Of a stretch of DNA of 43,400 nt, positions 1-7,676 are shown in pieces. A model generated the notes under the pieces. The model was given only the letters and a program-made list of their open reading frames with translations, was not told the DNA's origin and made no database searches. This DNA is from a virus (Duplodnaviria; Caudoviricetes). The stretch is taken from IMG/VR virus record IMGVR_UViG_3300045187_000085, positions 1-43,400 of that record. One strand, given 5' to 3'. The position numbers and the translations under genes were made by a program. The number at the start of each line of letters is the position of its first letter. Position 1 is the first letter of the stretch.

Positions 1-216
1 GATATACCCGCGTTCCATGACGAGGATCGGCTTATCGAACCCAGCCTCGCGCAGCCGGCGCCCTACCCGCCATCCCCAGATCACAGCAAGGTCTGCGCCG
101 GCCTCTGGCATGTTCGAGAACGTCGATGTGTGAACGCCATGGCGCTGGAAACCGTGGAGCATTGCGCTTGCATGCCCGCTCATTCCGCGCGGCGAGTGAT
201 AAACGGCTGCCCTCAT
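1..216 (-). CDS. Partial CDS (runs off the window); resembles the N-terminus of capsule polysaccharide synthesis/glycosyltransferase-like phage proteins
   Basis: Not in ORF track. ATG at 216 overlaps the upstream stop (ATGA); translates MRAAVYHSPRGMSGHASAMLHGFQRHGV...DLAVIWGWR...PILVMERGYI with no stop. Confidence 0.6.
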   Translation of the reverse strand, partial: MRAAVYHSPRGMSGHASAMLHGFQRHGVHTSTFSNMPEAGADLAVIWGWRVGRRLREAGFDKPILVMERGYI

Positions 217-785
217 TTGAAGATGACACCGATGCCCATCGTTGAACCTTCGCCGACAAGCTCGACGTGCTCGTGCTCAACCTTCAGTTCTGCCCAGAGG
301 TGCGGCACCTCGACAGCATTGCCGTGGACCTTTTCGGCCTCGCCATGCCCCACGATGTCGTGGAACGCGATCAGCGGGGCGAACCGGGCATAGTTCTCCC
401 AATCCGCCTTGACGCCGGCATAGCGATGATCGCCGTCGATCAGCGCCGCGTCGTATGGCCCCTCGACCATGACAAGCTGACGGATGCCGGCCGACCTGCT
501 GTCGCCGAAGATGCAGCGGGCATCGTAACCGCGGCCGCGCAGGTCAGCGCAGGCTGCCTCCAGATGCTTCCGGCTTTTGTCTGTGCCCCACATCCCGCCC
601 GGAAGATCGACGGCGACGCCCTTCGACCCCTCCGGCAGCGCCATCATGATCTCGAAGAACGTGTCGCCGTGCCGGGCGCCGATCTCCAGATACCGCGTCA
701 CCTGCCGGGCGCGAAGAAGGTCGATGAACGAGCGCAACTCGAACTCGTTCTGGCTGGCCCGGCGGCCGGATCGTGTCTCAAGCAA
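213..785 (-). CDS. Class I SAM-dependent methyltransferase (Methyltransf_24-like)
   Basis: YLEIGARHGDT motif I, AVD, LIDGDHRYAGVKADW and IAFHDI motifs. Confidence 0.85.
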   Translation of the reverse strand: MLETRSGRRASQNEFELRSFIDLLRARQVTRYLEIGARHGDTFFEIMMALPEGSKGVAVDLPGGMWGTDKSRKHLEAACADLRGRGYDARCIFGDSRSAGIRQLVMVEGPYDAALIDGDHRYAGVKADWENYARFAPLIAFHDIVGHGEAEKVHGNAVEVPHLWAELKVEHEHVELVGEGSTMGIGVIFK

Positions 786-1389
786 GATGTTGCTCCAGAT
801 TGCAGGCTGGCAGCCATGTGATCGTCGAGGTCGGCGAAGCGTTCAGAACCTCCACGCCCAGCCCGCCCAGCGCGTCGGTCAGGGTGCGGAAGTGCCGTCG
901 CCACGTTTCAGTATCGGAGCACATATCCATCCGGCCTTGGTGGAGGCCGAACCAGTGATCCCGCGCGCCGCCGTCCGAGAAGTCCATTCCCACGATGATG
1001 ATCGTCTTCGCACCCAACTGCGCCGCGACATGCACCGCCTGATAGCCCGAGTTCGAACCGTGGCGAACATTGCCGGGCACCGGGTCGAAACCGTCGGGGC
1101 CGGTATCGTTGAGGTTCTGGACGTCGTACCGCCCGAGAGGGTTCCTCGATATCTTGATGCGCCGGAACGCCGAGAGACCGTGGTGGTGATCCCACCATTT
1201 GGCGTCCGACGACAAAAGTATATCTGCGAACCAGCACGGATAGACTGCATCCGAAACGGCGATCACGCGGCACCGGCCGAGCGCATGTGCGATGCCAATC
1301 GTGCGAACCTGCGCCAGCGTCAGCGACGGCCCGCCAGCGACGACAACCGCAGTCTCGCCCTCCCATACCCTTCCCGGTGCGAACAGCAT
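778..1389 (-). CDS. Maf/MptE-like (DUF115-type) nucleotide-sugar transferase-like protein
   Basis: VVVAGGPSL, VIAVSD, NSGYQAVHVAAQLGAKTIIIVGMDF, HWFG, VLNASP motifs. Confidence 0.7.
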   Translation of the reverse strand: MLFAPGRVWEGETAVVVAGGPSLTLAQVRTIGIAHALGRCRVIAVSDAVYPCWFADILLSSDAKWWDHHHGLSAFRRIKISRNPLGRYDVQNLNDTGPDGFDPVPGNVRHGSNSGYQAVHVAAQLGAKTIIIVGMDFSDGGARDHWFGLHQGRMDMCSDTETWRRHFRTLTDALGGLGVEVLNASPTSTITWLPACNLEQHLA

Positions 1390-1391
1390 GG

Positions 1392-1796
1392 CTACTGCGG
1401 AACGTTCGGGTCCAGATCGCCGTAGCGCAGCGGGTTGAGGTTGGCCTGGATCATCACGTCGTCCATGCCGTCGAGATTGGGCATCACCGCAAGGATGTCG
1501 AAGACCAGCGAATCCGCGCGGATGCCGTGTGGCCCGTAGTCGTGGGTGTCGTTGAAGACGATGCGTTGCGTCTCGTTGATGCCCTCAAGCTCAAGGAAAT
1601 CGCCGCGCAGGGTGTGCGACACGACACTCTGAAGCTCGTCGCCTTTGAACACCTCTCTCCCGCGATTGGGCTGGATGCTCATCCAGACCTGCCGATATTC
1701 CGCCCATGTCACGATGTCGTTCAGCGGGCCGGGGATCGTGACCTTGTGCTGGATCAGGACGAGGTTGGGCGCCTTGCTGGACGGAAACATCACCAC
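1392..1796 (-). CDS. Head closure / head-tail adaptor (SPP1 gp16-like)
   Basis: Position after connector; VWMSIQPNRGREVF and FDILAVMP motifs. Confidence 0.7.
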   Translation of the reverse strand: MVMFPSSKAPNLVLIQHKVTIPGPLNDIVTWAEYRQVWMSIQPNRGREVFKGDELQSVVSHTLRGDFLELEGINETQRIVFNDTHDYGPHGIRADSLVFDILAVMPNLDGMDDVMIQANLNPLRYGDLDPNVPQ

Positions 1797-2371
1797 CCAC
1801 CGTTCAGATCAGTGCCGTTCGGGACGCGAAGCTCCTTCGTAAGCTGGTCCACCCCGAATGAAATCTTCTTCTCGACCTGCATTATCCGGGGTTCTTGATA
1901 GGTCGCGGCGCGCGACTCGACCCACGATGCTGCCAGCAGGTATGACGCTTGACGAAGCGCGGCCGGAACTTTCTCGGGATCATCTGCCCCGACGACGTAT
2001 TCGATCTCCATCGTGCCGGCTTGCTCGACCAACCCGGTGTCGATCGTCGGGAGCATCCGGTCGATGCGGACACGATCGTCAGGATCAGAAAGAACCTGCT
2101 CAGTTCCGCCTGTGACAGCATATTTGACCGACGTGATCGACTTCAGCGGCGGGCGAGGAAGCTGGACGGACGGGAGGATGCGGCGCAGACGCAGCACATA
2201 GGTCTGCTCCATGAGCGAGAGGTTCGTCCGCTTCTCGACATACTCATCGGCCGCGCGAATCCAGAACTCGATCAGATCGTCCTCCGACCCGTGCCTGATC
2301 CGTTTCCCCGCCTTCACGAGGTCGACGCTGATCGAGGTCTTTGTGGCCGGCGTTTTCAGCGTCAGATCCAT
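1790..2371 (-). CDS. Head-tail connector protein (HK97 gp6-like)
   Basis: EDDLIEFWIRAADEYVEKRT, LPRPPLKSITSVKY, VPAALRQA motifs; position after capsid. Confidence 0.85.
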   Translation of the reverse strand: MDLTLKTPATKTSISVDLVKAGKRIRHGSEDDLIEFWIRAADEYVEKRTNLSLMEQTYVLRLRRILPSVQLPRPPLKSITSVKYAVTGGTEQVLSDPDDRVRIDRMLPTIDTGLVEQAGTMEIEYVVGADDPEKVPAALRQASYLLAASWVESRAATYQEPRIMQVEKKISFGVDQLTKELRVPNGTDLNGGW

Positions 2372-2427
2372 TTCGACCTCGATCCAGATAGTCGCCCTGT
2401 CGGATCATGCGATCCGAATAGCGTGCG

Positions 2428-2892
2428 TTACGCCCCGGCATCGGCCTGCGGAGCCTCTGCCTCGCCATCGGCCGGCGCAGTCGCGGCTTCGAGAGCCTTT
2501 TCGATCTCAGCGGCCAGACGCGCGGCACCCCAGCGGGAGTCGGCGTCCTTGCCGGTCAACTCCTTGAACTCGGCGCGGAGGCTGTCGGTGGCCGAGCCGG
2601 GAAGAACCCGTTGATCGTCGGGAAGGCTGCCGCCCTTCTTGCCGTCGCTGTCGTGATCGAGCGGATCACGCTGCGGCGTGAACTTGCGGGAGGTCATTTC
2701 CGGGCCTCCCTGCGCCCCGGCATCGGCCTGCGGAGCGGTCTGGCCGGGCAGCACAGCCATACCCTTCTTCACGAGCGCCTTGGCGATCTCGGGAAGGAAG
2801 CCGGCCTTTTCGCCCGCGACATTCGAGCCGTAAGGCTGCGCAAGCGTCACGACGACCACGCCATTCTTGTTCGGAGCGAACGGGTTGCTCAT
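2428..2892 (-). CDS. Capsid-adjacent hypothetical protein with small C-terminal helical domain
   Basis: Directly downstream of MCP with RBS; LRAEFKELTGKDADSRWGAARLAAEI helix-extension-helix-like segment. Confidence 0.7.
   Translation of the reverse strand: MSNPFAPNKNGVVVVTLAQPYGSNVAGEKAGFLPEIAKALVKKGMAVLPGQTAPQADAGAQGGPEMTSRKFTPQRDPLDHDSDGKKGGSLPDDQRVLPGSATDSLRAEFKELTGKDADSRWGAARLAAEIEKALEAATAPADGEAEAPQADAGA
2431..2736. repeat. Exact 24-bp direct repeat (cgccccggcatcggcctgcggagc) at 2431-2454 and 2713-2736
   Basis: Read directly; both copies encode APQADAGA. Confidence 0.9.
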
Positions 2893-2958
2893 GTTCTTCG
2901 TCCTTGTTTCGGGGAGAGGCGGGCGGCACGGATGCCGCCCGCTGTCATCTCGTCAGGC

Positions 2959-4275
2959 TCAGGCCGGCGGATTGTCGTACCAGTCGAGGCCGGTGATGTT
3001 CACCACGGCGCCGGGATGACGGACATCCGCGTCGTGGTGCATGATCGCGCGAACCAGCGTAACGTTGCGCTGGAAGGCCGAGTACATCACGCCGCCGACC
3101 TTGTAGGACGCCTCTTCGGAGACGCGGAAGGACAGCCCGGTCGCCTCACCGAACAGCACATGGCTGAAGTCGATGAGGTGGATGTCGGTTTCGTCGCCGC
3201 CGGTGCCGAGGTTCGCCGGCATCATCGTAGTCTCGTAGACCGGCTTGCTGCGCAGGCGCGGGCCGCTGCCTTCACCGGGGCCGTAGTTGACCTCGGGATA
3301 GACACGGTTTCCGTTGCCGTCGCGGAGGCCGGAGAGCCAGATGCGGGTGCGCGGGTGCATGATCCATGCGGCGCGACGTCCGTGAATCTTGCGATTGCGC
3401 ATTTCGGTCTCAGCCTTGGCCAGGGTGGCCTCGACGCGCTGGATCGTCTCGATCGGCGTACCGCCAACGCCCCAGCCCGCGAAGGACGGAACGCCAGCGA
3501 TGCGGGTGATGCCGAGCGGACGGTTGGACTGGCCGTCGCCACGAAGCAGGGCAAGGTCCATGTTCTCGCCCAGCGCACCGCGGATGTCGTCCTCAATGAA
3601 CGACTGCATGTCGCCGACCGACCACGAGAGCAGTTCGTTCGATGCAGGCACGAGAACCGACAGGCGCTTGGCCTGGAGGTTCACATCCCGGAACGTCTGC
3701 TGCTCGACGCCGATGTCCGACGCTTCCGCCCCGTAGCCACCGACCACGCCGCTGTCGCCGGCGGGAATGGTGAAGTTGCCATTGGGCAGACGGATGCGGC
3801 GAGGATTGCCAGCCAGGAATGCCGAGTCTTCCCGGAGGATTTCGATGATCTCGCTGGCGAGCGGCGTCGGAACGGCGTAGCCGCCGTCGGCCGGAGTGGT
3901 CGACACCAGCTCCTTGACGAAAGTGCCATAGCCGTTCTTCTCCAACTCCTCGTGGGGAGTGGAGCGGTTCTGGTGAGCCTTGATGATCGACGTCAGCGCG
4001 AGGCCCAGCTTTTCGACCGGCTTGAGCTTGCGCTCGACGGCCGCCGGAACGGTGCTGGTTTCGGTCTCATCGACAGGCTGCGCCGCCGCCTTCACCGCAT
4101 TCTCGGCGCGCTCGGCCAGCGCGATCTTGGCATTGATGCCATCGATCTCGTCCAGCGCCTTCTGGAGCGCGTCGGTGTCTTCCTGCGTAGCGCCGTCGGC
4201 GAACGCCTTGGTCTGGAGGTCGCTCAGGCCCTTGGTCTTATCCGCGAGAGCCTTGCGAAGTTCGGCGAGAGTCAT
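2959..4275 (-). CDS. Major capsid protein, HK97 fold with N-terminal delta domain
   Basis: Coiled-coil N-terminus, DGGYAVPTPLASEII, LLRGDGQSNRPLGI, LRDGNG, AFQRNVTLVRAIMHHD. Confidence 0.95.
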   Translation of the reverse strand: MTLAELRKALADKTKGLSDLQTKAFADGATQEDTDALQKALDEIDGINAKIALAERAENAVKAAAQPVDETETSTVPAAVERKLKPVEKLGLALTSIIKAHQNRSTPHEELEKNGYGTFVKELVSTTPADGGYAVPTPLASEIIEILREDSAFLAGNPRRIRLPNGNFTIPAGDSGVVGGYGAEASDIGVEQQTFRDVNLQAKRLSVLVPASNELLSWSVGDMQSFIEDDIRGALGENMDLALLRGDGQSNRPLGITRIAGVPSFAGWGVGGTPIETIQRVEATLAKAETEMRNRKIHGRRAAWIMHPRTRIWLSGLRDGNGNRVYPEVNYGPGEGSGPRLRSKPVYETTMMPANLGTGGDETDIHLIDFSHVLFGEATGLSFRVSEEASYKVGGVMYSAFQRNVTLVRAIMHHDADVRHPGAVVNITGLDWYDNPPA

Positions 4276-4295
4276 ATCTCGGTCCTTTCTTCATG

Positions 4296-4320
4296 AAAAA
4301 ACCCGCCTCAGTGGGCGGGT
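4296..4320 (-). terminator. Intrinsic terminator-like hairpin between protease and capsid genes
   Basis: ACCCGCC-6nt-GGCGGGT followed by a U-tract on the minus strand. Confidence 0.5.
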
Positions 4321-4365
4321 CGGATGGTGATCCTCGCGGATCGTGGATCGGGTCGCCCCGATGGC

Positions 4366-5400
4366 TTACGCGGCCTCGACGGCCGCGATCTTGGCAAGAC
4401 GCTCTTTCAGCGCCTTCTGGACTTCGGGGTCGGCAGGGACCGGAGCGGGTTCCGGCTCGGGCTCGGACGCCTTAAACAGGCCGCGGATGCCCTCGACGAG
4501 CTTCGTCAGCGCACCCTTCCGCTCGGGCTCGTTGATCTCCTGCACCTTCGGCTCGAAATCCTTCAGGAACTCCTCGACGTTGAGTTCCAGTTCCTGCACG
4601 ACAGGATCGACCTCGGGCTCGGCCGGCTCGGCGGATAGCTCGACAGTGCCGGCGACGACGGCATCAGCCGCCTTCTCCATGCGCTCGGCAATCTTTTCCA
4701 GACGGTCGAGCGACTTCTCGTCGAGTTCGATTTTCGTGGTGAGGATGGAGGTCTTGTCGCCGGTGGCGTCCTTGTGCGCGGCCTCAAGTTCCGAGCGCGG
4801 GACGATCAGGCCGGCCGCCGTTCGGGTATAGGTGTCCAGCACCTCTTCGAGGAAATCCTTGGCGAGCATGTTGCCCTCCTTGATCGACCGCGCCAATGCC
4901 GCAGGATTGCTGGGAACAGCAACGATCGAGCATTCGTACATTTCCCATTCGAGGATGTCGTAGGCCCAGGTCGGCTCGCCCTTGTCGTCGAGCTTCCGCT
5001 CCAGCTTCGTCGGCATGAAGCCGATCGAGGCCGCGCGCAGAATGCCCTGCTCCAGAAGGCCGTAGGCCATGTCGATATGCGGCGCCGTGCCCTCGGCGGC
5101 GAGTGTCGCCCTGCCCTCGATCCGCTTCGGCTTCTTCTGGACATCAGACCAGTTGCCGAGGATGAGATCGCTGCGATGGTTGAGCAGGCAGATCGGGTTG
5201 CTTTCGAACCGGGTCAGATCGGCGCCCTTGGCGCGAACCGTGTCACCGTAGCTGTCGGTGGTCTCGTCGGTCATGACGAAAACAGCCGACCGCGTGCCGC
5301 CGTCGAAAGATTTCGGCATTTTGGCAGCGCGGTAGACGATGCCGTCGTTCACGCTCAGCGAGCGCTTCGACAAGTACTCGTCGATCGAGATATTCAGCAT
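4366..5400 (-). CDS. HK97-family prohead protease with long C-terminal extension
   Basis: LLNHRSD, ASIGF, ECSIVAVPSNPAA motifs; between portal and MCP. Confidence 0.9.
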   Translation of the reverse strand: MLNISIDEYLSKRSLSVNDGIVYRAAKMPKSFDGGTRSAVFVMTDETTDSYGDTVRAKGADLTRFESNPICLLNHRSDLILGNWSDVQKKPKRIEGRATLAAEGTAPHIDMAYGLLEQGILRAASIGFMPTKLERKLDDKGEPTWAYDILEWEMYECSIVAVPSNPAALARSIKEGNMLAKDFLEEVLDTYTRTAAGLIVPRSELEAAHKDATGDKTSILTTKIELDEKSLDRLEKIAERMEKAADAVVAGTVELSAEPAEPEVDPVVQELELNVEEFLKDFEPKVQEINEPERKGALTKLVEGIRGLFKASEPEPEPAPVPADPEVQKALKERLAKIAAVEAA

Positions 5401-5410
5401 CGCTGCCTCC

Positions 5411-6781
5411 TCAGTTCTTTACGAGAGAGAGGACCGGCGCCTTGGCCTTGTCCTTGTCGTCGGTCTTCTCGGTATCCTCTTCGCCGGGCGCATTGCCGCC
5501 GGCTTTCAGGATCACCTCGTTGTTGGTGTCGGTCATCACGAAGTTGCCGCTGAATAGGTAAACCTCACCGGCATCGCCGATCGTATTGAAGCCCAGCTCG
5601 TCGAGCGCCTGGTTCTTCGTTATGAGCCCGGTCTTCCACTGGTCGTTGATGACCTTCTGGCGCTGCTCAGGATCGGCGGCATATGCCTGATCCTTGTCGA
5701 ACATGATGAAATACTCATCCTGCTCGTCCTCGGTCAGCAGGACCGGATGCAGCGCCTCGGTAATCGCATCGAAGATCGGGACCAACGAATCCGTGACATA
5801 GGCCCGCTCATAGGGCGTCACGTTGTCGTATTTGACACCGTCGAACAGGTAGACCTTGTGCGGCGGGACACCGTAGTAGCGGCAAACGTCGGTAAAGACC
5901 GCGTTGTTCGCCTTCAGAAACTCGGCATCGGCGGCCGTCTGGCTCATCTTCTCGACCTTGGGCGACTGGCCGCTGATGCCCTGCCCTTCAAGGATGAACG
6001 GGACGCCCTTCTCGCGCGCCTTCTTGGCTTGCGCCTGCAAGTCCTTATTGAGCCGCTGCCACTGTTCGTCGGTCAGGCCGTCAGGGAACGTCAGCGCCAG
6101 GATCGGCATGCCGCCGTTGCTGAACAGATCGCTCTGGAACTTCTGCATGTTCGAGATGAGGTCGAACGCGCCCTTGGCAACAGCACTTGTCGCGATCGGG
6201 TCGATCCCGTTCATCGAGCGCAGACGGATATGCGCCATCTGGTCGTCGAGAAGGCCGCCGGCCGCCCAGCCATACTGAGCCTGCGCGTGCTGGCCGTTGG
6301 CAGTGACATCGTAGACGTAACGTCGCTGCTTGGGCTCGACGCGCACCGACACGTCGGTATGCGGGATGCCCTGAATCTCCATCAACTCGCCAGTGCGCTT
6401 GCGGCGCGCGGCCACGTAATACTGCGACGCCGTCACGAGATGTGCCGTCGCAATCCGCAGGAACTCCTTCACACCATAGTAGCGACTGGTTCGGCCGGCG
6501 AGCATTGCTGCGACGCGGTGCTCATTCGGCTCGACGATCTCGGCGCCACCATTCTTGCGGCGATAGAGATATGCCGGTGTCTTCGCTACGTCTCTCGAAA
6601 GGACATCGATGCACTTCAGACTGATCGCGAGCCGCAGCATCGCCGAGCGCGAGCCCGCAGCGACGTAGCCCATGCTGAAGAGATCGCCCATGTTGGTCGT
6701 GGTCCAGAGGTGGCTGTCATCGGCGCCGAACGCGCGGACGGCCACCGGAGCACGCTCAGTTATGTCCTTGGTTTCGGTCAT
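5411..6781 (-). CDS. Portal protein (HK97 family)
   Basis: CIDVLSRDVAKTP, FSNGGMP, DVCRYYGVPPHKV; start placed at ATG 6781, which overlaps the HNH stop (ATGA). Confidence 0.93.
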   Translation of the reverse strand: MTETKDITERAPVAVRAFGADDSHLWTTTNMGDLFSMGYVAAGSRSAMLRLAISLKCIDVLSRDVAKTPAYLYRRKNGGAEIVEPNEHRVAAMLAGRTSRYYGVKEFLRIATAHLVTASQYYVAARRKRTGELMEIQGIPHTDVSVRVEPKQRRYVYDVTANGQHAQAQYGWAAGGLLDDQMAHIRLRSMNGIDPIATSAVAKGAFDLISNMQKFQSDLFSNGGMPILALTFPDGLTDEQWQRLNKDLQAQAKKAREKGVPFILEGQGISGQSPKVEKMSQTAADAEFLKANNAVFTDVCRYYGVPPHKVYLFDGVKYDNVTPYERAYVTDSLVPIFDAITEALHPVLLTEDEQDEYFIMFDKDQAYAADPEQRQKVINDQWKTGLITKNQALDELGFNTIGDAGEVYLFSGNFVMTDTNNEVILKAGGNAPGEEDTEKTDDKDKAKAPVLSLVKN

Positions 6782-7584
6782 AGCAGGTGCGTCCGTTTGG
6801 CGTGCTTCTGGATGTTTTTGATCTTTTCGAGCGGGCGAAGATTGGTAAGAGCCCAAGCCGCCTTGAACTCGGGATCATCGAAGCCGGTGTAGGAAAAGCT
6901 GGCGAGCGGAACGATGTGGTCGAGATGCCAGAACGTGCCGAAGTTCTGCCAAGTCATCCCCCTCGTAAACTGGCGCTCGATGTGCCGGCAAAGATCCTGC
7001 TTTGTGTATCCGAATGCGGTCTGCCAGCTTTCGTTCTTGTAGCCGATGGCGGCGGCATCACCATCTCTTCCAGATCGGAGTCTGAGCGCTTCTCGGACCC
7101 GGTTTCCCACCGAATGAGCAAACCGCTGCTCCGGGCTCCGCTTCTCGCGCGATCGTCGAGAAATTTCTCTGGTTTTGTCACGATTAGCGGCCCGCCACGC
7201 GCGCTCCAACTTCTTCTCGTGATCACCATAACGCTCTCGGCGCTCCGCATTGATGCGGTCACGATTCCGGCTCAGATACCGACGTTTGGATTGCGCGCGT
7301 TTTTCTGGATCGCGGTGATAGGCAATTCTGGCCTTCCGCGCGTGGCATTCGCGACAATAGGATTCCAGTCCATCGGGTCGTCCGTTCTTTGGGCTGAAGA
7401 ACTCGATCGTTCTTGGGTTCTCTGTGTCGCATTGTGAACACGATTTATCCCCACGGAGCTGATAGCTCCTTCGAGGCGTTGGATCGCCGTACTTGCGCCA
7501 GTTTTTCCAGTGCGCGCCACACCACCCACGCCCCTTCGCGGGCTTGCTACAACCATCAAATTTGCATACTGATTTGTCAGCCAC
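6778..7584 (-). CDS. Free-standing HNH homing endonuclease-like protein
   Basis: N-terminal Cys/His clusters (CKFDGC...WCGAH, CSQC, CREC); C-terminal WHLDHIVPL...TNLRPLEKIKNIQK; lower GC. Confidence 0.85.
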   Translation of the reverse strand: MADKSVCKFDGCSKPAKGRGWCGAHWKNWRKYGDPTPRRSYQLRGDKSCSQCDTENPRTIEFFSPKNGRPDGLESYCRECHARKARIAYHRDPEKRAQSKRRYLSRNRDRINAERRERYGDHEKKLERAWRAANRDKTREISRRSREKRSPEQRFAHSVGNRVREALRLRSGRDGDAAAIGYKNESWQTAFGYTKQDLCRHIERQFTRGMTWQNFGTFWHLDHIVPLASFSYTGFDDPEFKAAWALTNLRPLEKIKNIQKHAKRTHLL

Positions 7585-7648
7585 TCAACACCTCATCCGT
7601 GTTGGCTTGGTTAGGGCCGACGCGGTGTTACCAGCACCAAATCGGCCC
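7579..7648 (-). promoter_or_regulatory. Two-hairpin leader of the HNH gene; second hairpin sequesters SD and start codon
   Basis: GGGCCGA..GGTG-loop-CACC..TCGGCCC, then AGCC-AACAC-loop-GTGTT..GGCT spanning GAGGTG and the start region. Confidence 0.6.
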
Positions 7649-7676
7649 GCTTAAATTACCCTATCCTACTGACTTT

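Noticed and set aside
6782-6856. N-terminal extension of the portal ORF in the ORF track
   Set aside because: Overlaps the HNH gene; ATG 6781 coupled to the HNH stop is the more plausible start
2611-6892. Long plus-strand ORFs (561, 259, 381 aa) opposite capsid, protease and portal
   Set aside because: Antisense shadows of GC-rich genes; no motifs or translation signals
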